Shown here piece by piece: positions 52,906-63,302 of a stretch of 64,000 nt of DNA. The DNA comes from an uncultured Pelagibacteraceae bacterium. Its GTDB lineage: Bacteria > Pseudomonadota > Alphaproteobacteria > Pelagibacterales > AG-422-B15. The stretch's first letter is position 1. Each line of letters starts with the position of its first letter. The stretch spans positions 96,409 to 160,408 of the forward strand of contig CACFYZ010000001.1 of the NCBI GenBank assembly GCA_902570675.1, given 5' to 3'. The notes beneath the pieces are model-generated. The model worked only from the letters and a program-made list of their open reading frames with translations. It did no database searches and was not told the origin of the DNA. A program made the translations under genes and the position numbers.

Positions 52906-55590
52906 ATGTTGCAAAAAATAGAAGATTGGTTTTTTAAATTTCGATTTCCAGTACTTATGAGCTTTGTCTTGCTCACAATTGTGATGGGATATTTTGCAGT
53001 TCAAATAAGAATGGATGCTGGATTTGCGAAGCAATTGCCTGGTAATCATGAGTTTGTAAAAACTTATTATGAATATCAAAATGATCTAAGTGGAACCAAT
53101 AGTGTCACTGTTGCTCTCAGAACAACTGAAGGCGATATTTTCAATAAAGATTATTTAAGCAGACTCTTTGAGCTCAATCAAACGATGAGATACTTACCCG
53201 GTGTCAATCAAGGATCATTACAATCATTATGGACACCAAATGTAAGAGTTTTAAGAGTAACTGAGGAAGGCTTTGAGAGTACCGAGGTTATACCTGGAAA
53301 CTTAACTCCAGACAAATTATCAGAAGATGAAATAAATAAAATTAGAGAGAGAATACTTACAGGTGGTCACGTCGGTAGTATTGTTTCAAATGATTTTACC
53401 TCTTCTTTAATTAAAGTTGAACTGACTGAATATAATCGTTCTACTGGTAAAAAACTTGACTATTTGAATCTAGGTCAAGAGATTGAAGTAATAAGGGATG
53501 AATTTGAAACAGGAATTTATAAGGTTGAAATAACTGGTTTCGCAAAAATGATCTCTGACATTGCAAACCAAGCATATAATGTAGTTATATTTTTTGGCTT
53601 AGCTTTTCTTTTAACAGTATTAGCTGTGTACTGGTACTCAAGATCTTGGACACTTACATTTTTGCCCCTTCTATGTTCACTGACCTCATTAATTTGGCAA
53701 TTTGGAATGTTGAAAATACTCGGTTTTGGTCTTGACCCTCTTGCTATACTTGTACCATTCCTGGTTTTTGCAATTGGTGTTTCTCATGGCATTCAACAAG
53801 TCAATCAAATTACTAAAGAAGTTATTGAAGGTGGAACTGCTGAATATGCTGCACGAGCTTCATTTTCAAGACTAATTATACCTGGTTCAATGGCATTGGT
53901 TACAGACTTGGTTGGCTTCGGAACATTAATCCTATTGCCGATAGGTATGATTCAAGAGCTTGGCATAACAGCGTCTATTGGAATAGCATTTAAAATCGTT
54001 ACTAATTTGATTATGCTTCCGCTTGCAGCATCGTATGCAAGGTATAATGAAAGTTTTGCTATAAGGGCTCAAGCAGCAATATCATACAGACAAAATCTAA
54101 TGGGCTTTTTTGCAAAATTAGCGAGACCCAAACAAGCAGTCATTACTCTCTGCACAAGCGCTGTTTTATTTGCAGGAGCTGCATATCTTGCTTCAGATAG
54201 ACATGTAGGTGACCTCCATGCGGGAGCACCAGAATTACGACCCGAGGCACGATATAACCGAGATATAACTGAGATTACAAAAAGGTACAATGTTACTACA
54301 GATATATTAGTTGTTATCACTGAAGCTGGTGAAACTTTTGGAATTAATCCATGCAGATCTAATTACGTGATAGACGCGCAAAATAATTTACATTGGTATT
54401 TAGAAAATATTCCAGGTGTTACAAAAGTCATATCTCTCTCAAGTGTGGCACAGACTGCCCTTAGTGGTTACGCTGAAGGAAATTTGAAATGGACTTATTT
54501 ACCTCATAACGAACCAGCTCTTGCTTTTGCAACAAGTATTGTAGATCCATCAACAGGACTAATAAATCAGGCATGCTCAATAATGCCAATCTACGTTTTT
54601 ACTGAAGACCACAAAGCAACTACCATTAGTCATTTAATTGAGAAGATAGAAGAATACAATGTGAAATTTAGAGAACTAGGTGAAACTATAACTTTCAAAA
54701 CACTAATTGCGCGACCTACAGAGGGCACAAATATTATTCCTCTTGTTGAAGCTTTAGGTGGCGAAGAAACAAATATTGAAGATTTACAAAATATTCAAAA
54801 TCCAAAGATATTTAACGACGATGAATTCACTGACTGGGCGTATGAACAAGGATTTAATTCTAGAAATTTATTTGTTGGAAATTTAGGTAATTACTACAGG
54901 GCTATAGATTCCTATGATGAAAGTGTTAATTTCAGAGTAAAAGATATTAAGCAATCTGATAAAGCAATAAAAAATTTCTTTAATAATAATCCTGAATTCC
55001 AAAATATTATATATGAGACGGATGAAATAAAACATCGATTGGCTAGTGGTACTGTTGGAATTCAGCATGCTACAAATGAAGTTATTGAAAAAGGAGAGCT
55101 CCCCATGATGATAATTGTATATATTGTCATCGTGATTTTAGTATTTGTTACTTATTTGGACTGGAGAGCAACAATATGTTGCACGGTTCCGTTAACTTTT
55201 GCGACTATGCTAGGTTATGCCTTTATGGATTTAGCTCAAATAGGATTAAAGGTATCAACTCTTCCAGTTATGGTTCTCGCTGTTGGAATTGGTGTAGATT
55301 ATGCTTTTTATATATACAACAGAACGCAATTACGACTTAAAGAAGGTATGAATATAACAGAGGCATTTGAACATACATTTGCAAATACTGGCGCTGCTGT
55401 GGTATTTACCGCTATAACGCTAGCGGTTGGAGTATCAACATGGTCATTTTCAGCTCTTAAATTTCAAGCTGACATGGGATCACTTCTAACTTTTATGTTC
55501 ATCATTAATATGATTTGTGCGATGACGACACTCCCAGCCCTAGCTGTGGTGCTTGATAAGTTATTTCCAAGAAAACAATCTAACTCTTAG
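52906..55590 (+). CDS. RND-superfamily exporter (MMPL/HpnN-like, 2 x 6 TM with two large periplasmic loops)
   Basis: 894 aa. There are two hydrophobic clusters (around VVIFFGLAFLLTVLAVYWY... and MMIIVYIVIVILVFVTYL...), each preceded by a long soluble loop. No adjacent membrane-fusion or outer-membrane component. Confidence 0.7.
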   Translation: MLQKIEDWFFKFRFPVLMSFVLLTIVMGYFAVQIRMDAGFAKQLPGNHEFVKTYYEYQNDLSGTNSVTVALRTTEGDIFNKDYLSRLFELNQTMRYLPGVNQGSLQSLWTPNVRVLRVTEEGFESTEVIPGNLTPDKLSEDEINKIRERILTGGHVGSIVSNDFTSSLIKVELTEYNRSTGKKLDYLNLGQEIEVIRDEFETGIYKVEITGFAKMISDIANQAYNVVIFFGLAFLLTVLAVYWYSRSWTLTFLPLLCSLTSLIWQFGMLKILGFGLDPLAILVPFLVFAIGVSHGIQQVNQITKEVIEGGTAEYAARASFSRLIIPGSMALVTDLVGFGTLILLPIGMIQELGITASIGIAFKIVTNLIMLPLAASYARYNESFAIRAQAAISYRQNLMGFFAKLARPKQAVITLCTSAVLFAGAAYLASDRHVGDLHAGAPELRPEARYNRDITEITKRYNVTTDILVVITEAGETFGINPCRSNYVIDAQNNLHWYLENIPGVTKVISLSSVAQTALSGYAEGNLKWTYLPHNEPALAFATSIVDPSTGLINQACSIMPIYVFTEDHKATTISHLIEKIEEYNVKFRELGETITFKTLIARPTEGTNIIPLVEALGGEETNIEDLQNIQNPKIFNDDEFTDWAYEQGFNSRNLFVGNLGNYYRAIDSYDESVNFRVKDIKQSDKAIKNFFNNNPEFQNIIYETDEIKHRLASGTVGIQHATNEVIEKGELPMMIIVYIVIVILVFVTYLDWRATICCTVPLTFATMLGYAFMDLAQIGLKVSTLPVMVLAVGIGVDYAFYIYNRTQLRLKEGMNITEAFEHTFANTGAAVVFTAITLAVGVSTWSFSALKFQADMGSLLTFMFIINMICAMTTLPALAVVLDKLFPRKQSNS

Positions 55591-56509
55591 TAAGTTTTAA
55601 AAATACGTCTTCAAGATTGGTCTCATTAATAGACATATCTTTTATTTGAATATCGGATTTATGAATTGCCTCCAATACTTGATTAAAATTAACCTCACTT
55701 GGCTTATAATTAATCTCTAAGATATTATTGTTAAAATTAGTTTCAATATTTAACTTTTTAAGTATTTCAAATTTAAAGTTTGAGTTGAAAGTATTTATTA
55801 CAATTTGTCTATTATCAATCATTGATTTGATATTATAAGTCGTATCTGACGCTATAAGATTTCCATCGTCGATGATCCCGATTTCTTTACATAATTCTTC
55901 TGCTTCATGCAAATAATGTGTTGTAATAATAATTGTTTTTCCCAACTTATTTAATTTATTAATATTTTTCCAAAGGTTTGTTCGTAACTCAACATCAACC
56001 CCAGCTGTTGGCTCATCAAGAATAAGTATATCAGGATCATGAACCATTGATTTAGCAATTAATAAGCGTCTTCTCATTCCACCTGATAATGTTCGTGCGT
56101 AAGCATGCGCTTTATCTTCAAGTGCAAGAAGCTTTAAAATACTCTCTGTTTTTCTATTTTTCTTTGGAATTCCATATAACCCGGCTTGTATTTCTAGTAA
56201 TTCATATGGTGAAAAAAAAGGATCAATATTTAATTCTTGAGGCACAATACCCATCAGTCCTTTTACTTTTTTTAAATTTTTTTCGTGATCGTATCCCATG
56301 ACAGAAATTTTACCTGAGGTCTTTCTGACCAGATCAGCCAATATGTTAATAAAGGTCGATTTCCCAGCACCGTTTGGACCAAGCAGTCCAAAAATAGAGC
56401 CTCTTTTTATACTCAAAGATATGTCATGTAGGGCTACTTTTTGATTAGGGGTATTAGAACTGTAAATCTTTTTTAAATTTTCTACAGATATTGCTATGTC
56501 ATTGTCCAT
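55580..56509 (-). CDS. ABC transporter ATP-binding protein (ABC-2/CcmA-like) with no adjacent permease gene
   Basis: Walker A GLLGPNGAGKST, signature LSGGMRRRL, and Walker B ILILDEPT. The 3' end overlaps the RND gene by 11 nt. Confidence 0.85.
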   Translation of the reverse strand: MDNDIAISVENLKKIYSSNTPNQKVALHDISLSIKRGSIFGLLGPNGAGKSTFINILADLVRKTSGKISVMGYDHEKNLKKVKGLMGIVPQELNIDPFFSPYELLEIQAGLYGIPKKNRKTESILKLLALEDKAHAYARTLSGGMRRRLLIAKSMVHDPDILILDEPTAGVDVELRTNLWKNINKLNKLGKTIIITTHYLHEAEELCKEIGIIDDGNLIASDTTYNIKSMIDNRQIVINTFNSNFKFEILKKLNIETNFNNNILEINYKPSEVNFNQVLEAIHKSDIQIKDMSINETNLEDVFLKLTKS

Positions 56510-56564
56510 TTAAATCAAAATTAAGGAGAACTTATAGTTTTTCAAACTAAATTCTTGTATCATC

Positions 56565-56747
56565 ATGCAAATGAATTCTCCAGAAATAAAAGACAATAAC
56601 GCGCAAGATGTTGAGCTTGTTGATTATAAAAAAGTAAGCTGCCATGGAATTGATGGTCCCTTGGGACATCCAAAGGTTTATTTGGATATGGGAGATAAGG
56701 ATTTTGTAGTTTGCCCTTACTGCAGTAAAATTTTTAAGCTTCGATAG
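56565..56747 (+). CDS. Small zinc-finger protein, zf-CHCC type (NDUFS6 C-terminal-like)
   Basis: 60 aa with VSCHG...HP.VYL......VCPYC pattern. Immediately upstream of polA. Confidence 0.7.
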   Translation: MQMNSPEIKDNNAQDVELVDYKKVSCHGIDGPLGHPKVYLDMGDKDFVVCPYCSKIFKLR

Positions 56748-59546
56748 ATGGCAACTGATAATCACCTTTTTTTAATAGATGGATCAGGATATATTTTTAG
56801 AGCGTATTACGCATTGCCACCACTATATCGAAAAAGTGACGGCTTGCCGACTGGTGCAGTTAATGGGTTTTGTAATATGCTCTATAAATTAATTGAGGAT
56901 ACAAATAAAAATATCAGCCCAACTCACTTAGCTGTGATATTTGATAGTGCACGTAAAACTTTTAGAAACGAAATTTACAGTGATTATAAAGCTAATAGAG
57001 GAGAACCACCTGAGGACCTAATACCTCAATTTAAAATTATTAAAGATTCAGTAAAAGCATTTGGTATTCAATCAATAGAATTAAGTGGATATGAAGCTGA
57101 TGATATTATTGCTACATACACCAATAAAGCTGTGCAAAACAATTGGAAGGTTTCAATTGTGTCTTCTGACAAAGATCTAATGCAGATGGTTTCAAAAAAA
57201 GTAAATCTCATTGATACCATGAAAAATAAAATCATTGGTCCTAAAGAAGTTGAAGAAAAATTTGGTGTAAAACCTGAGCAAGTAATAGATGTGCAGGCGC
57301 TTGCAGGTGATAGTTCTGATAATGTTCCAGGTGCACCAGGCATAGGTATTAAAACAGCGGCTCAACTTATAAATACTTTTGGATCTGTAGAAAAATTGCT
57401 AAATAATTTTCAAGAGATAAAACAAGAAAAAAGAAGAGAAACAATAAAAAATAGTAAGAAAAATATTCTTATAAGTAAACAATTAGTCACACTCAAAAAA
57501 GATGTGAGCAATATTCCGAAACTTGAAGAACTTAAGAAAAAAGGTCTATCAATTTCTAAATTGGTGCCATTTCTTGAGGAATTAGAACTTAAGAAATTGT
57601 CAGAGAGAATTAGAAAAAAAAATCCAGAAACTAATTTTGAAGAGGTCAAAACGAAAAAAATTGTATTTACAATCCCAAACGAAACAAAAAAAGCACCTAT
57701 GGTCGAGGTAATTGAAAATAAAAAAGGGAAATATCAATTAATTACTAAAATTGATGATCTGAAAAAAATAATTATTAATATCTATAATAAAGGTCATTTT
57801 GTATATGATGTTGAGACAGACTCATTGGATATTATTAATGCAAACTTAATTGGTATATCTATTTGTTTTGATAATGAGAGCTCATATTACATTCCACTTC
57901 AGCACACCGATGAAAATGGAAAAAAATCAAAGTCACAGCTAGATCTGAATATATTTTTATCATTAATAAAGCCAATTATGGAGGACGAATCGATAACAAA
58001 AATTGGTCATAATATTAAATATGATAATTGTATTTTATATAAATATGACATTGATGTGAAATCTTTCGAAGATACGATGTTGATGTCTTATGTTTTAGAC
58101 TCTGGTGTAAATAGACATAATATGGACGAACTTGCCAACATCCACCTCAAAAGAGATACAATTAAATTCAAAGATGTTGTGGGTAGTGGAAAATCACAAA
58201 TTACTTTTGATAAAGTTAAGATTGATGACGCACTAAATTATGCAGCGGAAGACTCAGAAATTACTTTTAAACTTTATAACTATCTGAAAAAGAGGATAAA
58301 TTTTGAAAAAAATAATTATATTTATTCACAAATCGAAAAACCACTAATTCATTCTATTCAAAAAATGGAATTAAATGGCATCAAAGTTGATGAAACTTAT
58401 CTTAAAAAGTTAACAAGTGATTTTTCAAAAAGAATAGATGAGCTGAAAAAGAAAATTTATAAACAAACTGGAGTTGAATTCAATATTGCATCACCAAAAC
58501 AATTATCAGAAGTTTTGTTTGATAAAATGAAGATTAAACCACCAAAAAAAACGAAAACAGGTGAAAAGTCTACTGGTATAGATGTCTTAGAAGATCTTGC
58601 ATATGAAGGTATTGAAGTTGCAAGCAGTATAATAGAATGGAGACAATTATCTAAATTAAAAAATACTTACACTGAGGCTTTGCAAAGTCACATAAATCAA
58701 ACAACAAGTAGGATACATACATCATATGCTATGGCATCGACAAATACTGGGAGACTCGCTTCCTCAGACCCAAATCTTCAAAATATTCCAATCAGAACAA
58801 ATGAAGGAAAATCAATACGTAAAGCATTTGTTGCTGATAAAAATTATACCATGTTAGCTGCTGATTATAGTCAAATAGAACTTAGAGTACTTGCGCATAT
58901 GGCTGATGTAAGTCAATTAAAACAAGCATTTATCAGCAATGAAGATATACATAGTATGACCGCATCAGAAATTTTTAATATAAAATTCAAAGATGTAACT
59001 AGTGACTTAAGAAGAAAAGCAAAAGCAGTAAATTTCGGAATTATTTATGGTATCTCAGCCTTTGGTTTAGCGAAACAATTATCAATTCCAAACTATGAGG
59101 CAAGTGAATTTATCAAGAATTATTTTAATAAATTTAAGGGCATTAGAGAGTTTATGGAAAACACAAAAGAAATCTGTAGAAGTAATGGCTACGTTGAAAC
59201 CCTTTGTGGGAGAAAATGTTTTTTTCCACGGATAAAGGATAAAAATTTTGCACTTAGATCTTTTCAAGAAAGAGCTGCAATAAATGCTCCAATTCAAGGT
59301 ACTGCAGCTGATATTATTAAATTAGCTATGATTAAAATTAATAATAAAATATCATCTACAATAGAATGCAAAATGTTATTGCAAGTTCATGATGAATTAA
59401 TATTTGAAATCAAAAAAAATAAATTGGATAAATATAACAAAATAATTAAAAGAGAAATGGAGACTGCACTTAAACCAAAATTTACTCTTTCTGTTCCACT
59501 TGTTGTTGACAGTAATCATGCAAGTAACTGGAGTGATGCGCATTGA
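56748..59546 (+). CDS. polA: DNA polymerase I
   Basis: 5'-nuclease N-terminus (LFLIDGSGYIFRAYYA), a 3'-5' exonuclease domain, and polymerase motifs DYSQIELRVLAH and QVHDEL. Confidence 0.97.
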   Translation: MATDNHLFLIDGSGYIFRAYYALPPLYRKSDGLPTGAVNGFCNMLYKLIEDTNKNISPTHLAVIFDSARKTFRNEIYSDYKANRGEPPEDLIPQFKIIKDSVKAFGIQSIELSGYEADDIIATYTNKAVQNNWKVSIVSSDKDLMQMVSKKVNLIDTMKNKIIGPKEVEEKFGVKPEQVIDVQALAGDSSDNVPGAPGIGIKTAAQLINTFGSVEKLLNNFQEIKQEKRRETIKNSKKNILISKQLVTLKKDVSNIPKLEELKKKGLSISKLVPFLEELELKKLSERIRKKNPETNFEEVKTKKIVFTIPNETKKAPMVEVIENKKGKYQLITKIDDLKKIIINIYNKGHFVYDVETDSLDIINANLIGISICFDNESSYYIPLQHTDENGKKSKSQLDLNIFLSLIKPIMEDESITKIGHNIKYDNCILYKYDIDVKSFEDTMLMSYVLDSGVNRHNMDELANIHLKRDTIKFKDVVGSGKSQITFDKVKIDDALNYAAEDSEITFKLYNYLKKRINFEKNNYIYSQIEKPLIHSIQKMELNGIKVDETYLKKLTSDFSKRIDELKKKIYKQTGVEFNIASPKQLSEVLFDKMKIKPPKKTKTGEKSTGIDVLEDLAYEGIEVASSIIEWRQLSKLKNTYTEALQSHINQTTSRIHTSYAMASTNTGRLASSDPNLQNIPIRTNEGKSIRKAFVADKNYTMLAADYSQIELRVLAHMADVSQLKQAFISNEDIHSMTASEIFNIKFKDVTSDLRRKAKAVNFGIIYGISAFGLAKQLSIPNYEASEFIKNYFNKFKGIREFMENTKEICRSNGYVETLCGRKCFFPRIKDKNFALRSFQERAAINAPIQGTAADIIKLAMIKINNKISSTIECKMLLQVHDELIFEIKKNKLDKYNKIIKREMETALKPKFTLSVPLVVDSNHASNWSDAH

Positions 59547-60322
59547 TGAAAGAAAAAATTGTTTTAGTAACAGGTGGCTTTGATCCAATTCACAGTGGAC
59601 ATATTGCCTATTTTGATGAAGCAAAAAAGCTTGGTGATAAATTAATTGTAGGTGTTAATTCTGATCAGTGGCTTGAGAAAAAAAAGGGTAGCCCATTTCT
59701 TCCAATTGATGAAAGATTAAATATTGTATCAAGTTTATCTGTTGTTGATAAAGTGATTGAATTTGAAGATGATGAGCATAACTCAGCATCGAATGCTATA
59801 CAAAAAGTTGTCGATATGTTTCCTGATAATATAATTATATTTGCAAATGGCGGGGATAGAACGTCAACAAATATTCCTGAAATGAAAAAGTATAGAGATA
59901 ATCAAAATATAATTTTTGAATTTGGAGTAGGGGGTGATTTTAAAATGAATTCCTCAAGCTGGATATTAAAGAATTGGAAAGGCTCAAAAGAATTTCGTCC
60001 CTGGGGATGGTATCGAGTCATTGACGATAGTACAGACCATAAAATTAAGGAAATTCAGGTTAATAGTAAGTCTAGATTAAGTTATCAATCTCATGCCAAG
60101 AGATCAGAGGTTTGGACTGTGATCAGCGGTGAAGCTCATGTTATTATTAATGATGTATCACATACATTGAATTTAAATGATTCAATATTTATACCAGCTG
60201 GTTCAAAGCATCGTTTAGAAAATAAAACTGATAAAGAATTAAATATTATTGAGATACAAACTGGCTCCTATTTTGGTGAAGATGATATTATTCGCTATGA
60301 AGATGACTACAACAGAGTTTAG
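59543..60322 (+). CDS. Fusion protein: cytidylyl/adenylyltransferase-like domain (HxGH) plus a C-terminal cupin of the mannose-6-phosphate isomerase type II kind
   Basis: The N-terminus VTGGFDPIHSGHIAYFDEAKKLGDKLIVGVNSD resembles RfaE-II/TagD. The C-terminus RPWGWY...LSYQSHAKRSEVWTVISGEAHV is a ManC-type cupin. The likely ATG start at 59546 overlaps the polA TGA. Confidence 0.7.
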   Translation: MMKEKIVLVTGGFDPIHSGHIAYFDEAKKLGDKLIVGVNSDQWLEKKKGSPFLPIDERLNIVSSLSVVDKVIEFEDDEHNSASNAIQKVVDMFPDNIIIFANGGDRTSTNIPEMKKYRDNQNIIFEFGVGGDFKMNSSSWILKNWKGSKEFRPWGWYRVIDDSTDHKIKEIQVNSKSRLSYQSHAKRSEVWTVISGEAHVIINDVSHTLNLNDSIFIPAGSKHRLENKTDKELNIIEIQTGSYFGEDDIIRYEDDYNRV

Positions 60323-60325
60323 TAA

Positions 60326-61594
60326 GTGAAAATATATTCACCCCATTTTTATTTAGCCTTTTTTTTGTTACTTAATATATTTAATTTTGTAGATAGAAAC
60401 CTTCTTATAGCTTTTGCACCTCAAATAAAAGCAGATTTCAATCTGACAAATGTAGAATGGGGACTGTTAACCGGCGTGTACTTTCTTTTCTTTTATTCTG
60501 TATTTGGCATATTTATGGGCGTTTTAGGTGACAAATTTAGTAGAATGAAGATTGCAGCAGCAGGTGTTTTTTTGTGGAGTCTCATGACAGCGTTTACAGG
60601 CATAGCTAAAAACTTTACTCATTTAATAGTTGCGAGAGCGTTAATTGGAGTTGGTGAGTCTGCTTTAACCCCAAACTCAATTTCAATGCTTTCAGATGTG
60701 TATGATCAAAGTAAAAGGGGTACTGCTTCAGCAATATACTATCTTGGTATTCCTCTTGGTGTTGGATTTGGGATGTTAATCGCAGCTTATTTTGGTCCTT
60801 TAGTTGGATGGCGTACTGTTTTTATTTCACTGGGCATCATAGGAATGATCTTAGGTGTAATTACATATTTTTTAATTGAACCCATAAGAGGCAAATTGGA
60901 TCATTCAATTCAAAATGATCATAAAATTATGAGTATTCGAGAAATTATAAGTCTTACAAAATCAACATTATATAAATCAAAGTCTTTAACATTTGTTATC
61001 GTAGGCAGTATTTTTTTACATATACCACTAGGGGCTGGTAATTTTGAGGTTTTGTGGGCTGTAAATGAAAGAGGTTTTTCATCAAGTGAATATAATTCTC
61101 TTTTTGGTATTTTTTTTATTTTGGGTGGTTCAGTTGGTGCAATTTTAGGGGGAGTACTTTCCGATAAATTAAGTCATTATTTTAAAGGTGGTGTCATGAG
61201 CTTTTTGACAATCTCTTATTTAATATTGACTCCTCTGACAATAAGTTATCGTTTTGTTGAACCCGATACGTTTATTTTTTATTTTACATTATTTTTTATT
61301 TCTTTAAATGTAACTTTTTTTTATGGTCCGGTATTTGCCTCAGTACAAGCTTTGACTCCAGTAAAAATAAGATCAACTATGGTTGCTATCTTTATTTTAG
61401 GAGTGAATATTATTGGAATGGGTGTTGGAAGTTTCGTTACCGGATATTTAGTTGATTATGTTTTTAATAATTCTTCTGCACCATATACATATTCATTAAT
61501 CACTATCGGTGCAACAGGAATAATTTCTATAATATGTTTTTATATTTCAGGGTATTCATACAAAAAAGATACCCATATTGTATTTAACAACTAA
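60326..61594 (+). CDS. MFS transporter
   Basis: About 12 TM helices and a loop 2-3 motif [12 protein letters not shown]. Substrate unknown. GTG start. Confidence 0.8.
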   Translation: MKIYSPHFYLAFFLLLNIFNFVDRNLLIAFAPQIKADFNLTNVEWGLLTGVYFLFFYSVFGIFMGVLGDKFSRMKIAAAGVFLWSLMTAFTGIAKNFTHLIVARALIGVGESALTPNSISMLSDVYDQSKRGTASAIYYLGIPLGVGFGMLIAAYFGPLVGWRTVFISLGIIGMILGVITYFLIEPIRGKLDHSIQNDHKIMSIREIISLTKSTLYKSKSLTFVIVGSIFLHIPLGAGNFEVLWAVNERGFSSSEYNSLFGIFFILGGSVGAILGGVLSDKLSHYFKGGVMSFLTISYLILTPLTISYRFVEPDTFIFYFTLFFISLNVTFFYGPVFASVQALTPVKIRSTMVAIFILGVNIIGMGVGSFVTGYLVDYVFNNSSAPYTYSLITIGATGIISIICFYISGYSYKKDTHIVFNN

Positions 61595-63171
61595 CTTGAA
61601 ACTGGACCTGACGCTCTTACGTTTTCTTCTACGTCTGACTCAAACTTTACAAAATTATCAATGAACATCTTAACTAATTTTTTAGCTTGAAGATCATATT
61701 CATTCTTGTCTTGCCACGTATTACGTGGATCTAAAATATTATTATCTATATTTTCTACTTCTAAAGGTACATGAAAACCAAAGTTGTTGTCTTTTCGCAT
61801 TTCTAGGTCTTCAAGTTCACCAGAAAGCGCTGCATTGAGAAGTGTTCGAGTATCTTTTATGGAAATTCTTTTCCCAGTGCCATACACTCCTCCAGACCAA
61901 CCTGTATTAACAAGCCAACAACTTACATCATATTTTGATATTTTTTCCTTGAGAAGGTTTCCATATTCTATTGGATTCCTTGGCATAAAGGGTGCTCCAA
62001 AGCACGTTGAGAATGTTGCTTGAGGTTCATTGGATAAACCCATTTCAGTACCAGCTACTTTAGCGGTATATCCTGACAAAAAATGGTACATAGCTTGATC
62101 TGGAGATAATCTTGCAATTGGAGGAAGAACACCAAATGCATCTGCGGTAAGCATTATAATATTTCTTGGATGACTTGTTTTTCCTGAGGCAGTGACACCT
62201 GGAATATATTCTAATGGATATGCTCCTCTTGTGTTTTCAGTTAACGTGTTATCATCAAGATCCAGCTCGCCCTTATCATTCATAACAACATTTTCAATTA
62301 CTGTTCCTTTCATTTTTGTAGTCTTATATATTTCAGGTTCCGCTTCTTGAGAGAGTCTTATTAATTTTGCGTAACATCCTCCTTCAAAATTAAAAAGTCC
62401 TCCATCAGACCATCCATGCTCATCATCACCTAAAAGAGCTCTATTTGGATCAGCACTTAAAGTTGTTTTTCCAGTACCTGAAAGACCAAAGAATATTGCT
62501 GAATCTCCATTTGCTCCTGTGTTAACAGAGCAGTGCATAGGCATAATGTTTTTCTGAGGTAATAAGTAATTTAAGAGTGTAAACACTGATTTTTTTGTTT
62601 CACCAGCGTATTGTGTACCTGCAATCAAGATAATTTTTTCATTTAAATTTACCACTATAGCTGTTTCGCTATTTGTCCCATGCGATGCTGGATCCATCTT
62701 AAGATTAGGAAAATTTACAATTGTATACTCAGAATTAAAAGTTTTTAATTCATCAGGTGTAGGTCGAACAAGTAAATGTCTAGCAAACAAACCATGCCAA
62801 GCAAATTCTGTAATAATAGAAACATTCAACGAATGATCTCTATCCGCACCACCCATTAAATCATGCTGAAAAAGGTTTTTATTTTTCGCATATTCTTTGA
62901 ATGAATCAGCAATTTTATAATAATATTCCTCAGATATTGGAACATTAGTTTCGCCCCAATGAATTTGGCTTTCATTTTTGTCTTCCTTTACAAAGAATTT
63001 GTCATTTGCAGATCGTCCAGTATGCTTTCCAGTTTTTACGACTAACGCTCCATCAACAGACGATTTACCTTCTTCTCTTTTTAAAGCTAAATCGTATAGT
63101 TGTTCAGACGAAAGGTTCGATTGAACCATTTTGGCATTTTTAATAATATGATTTTTTATAGAATTTTCCAT
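61591..63171 (-). CDS. pckA: Phosphoenolpyruvate carboxykinase (ATP)
   Basis: Kinase-1a motif [11 protein letters not shown]. 526 aa ATP-type PEPCK. Divergent from chvI, as in Rhizobiales. Confidence 0.95.
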   Translation of the reverse strand: MENSIKNHIIKNAKMVQSNLSSEQLYDLALKREEGKSSVDGALVVKTGKHTGRSANDKFFVKEDKNESQIHWGETNVPISEEYYYKIADSFKEYAKNKNLFQHDLMGGADRDHSLNVSIITEFAWHGLFARHLLVRPTPDELKTFNSEYTIVNFPNLKMDPASHGTNSETAIVVNLNEKIILIAGTQYAGETKKSVFTLLNYLLPQKNIMPMHCSVNTGANGDSAIFFGLSGTGKTTLSADPNRALLGDDEHGWSDGGLFNFEGGCYAKLIRLSQEAEPEIYKTTKMKGTVIENVVMNDKGELDLDDNTLTENTRGAYPLEYIPGVTASGKTSHPRNIIMLTADAFGVLPPIARLSPDQAMYHFLSGYTAKVAGTEMGLSNEPQATFSTCFGAPFMPRNPIEYGNLLKEKISKYDVSCWLVNTGWSGGVYGTGKRISIKDTRTLLNAALSGELEDLEMRKDNNFGFHVPLEVENIDNNILDPRNTWQDKNEYDLQAKKLVKMFIDNFVKFESDVEENVRASGPVSS

Positions 63172-63302
63172 CTCTAAGGATGTGATAAAAACATATAATT
63201 TAGTCTATGTTAAGTGCTAAAATCTATAATATTTAAATTATTGTGAGTTATATTTTTTTGCCTTTTTAAAGACACAACATATAATTATTTCTGGTAAAAT
63301 AA

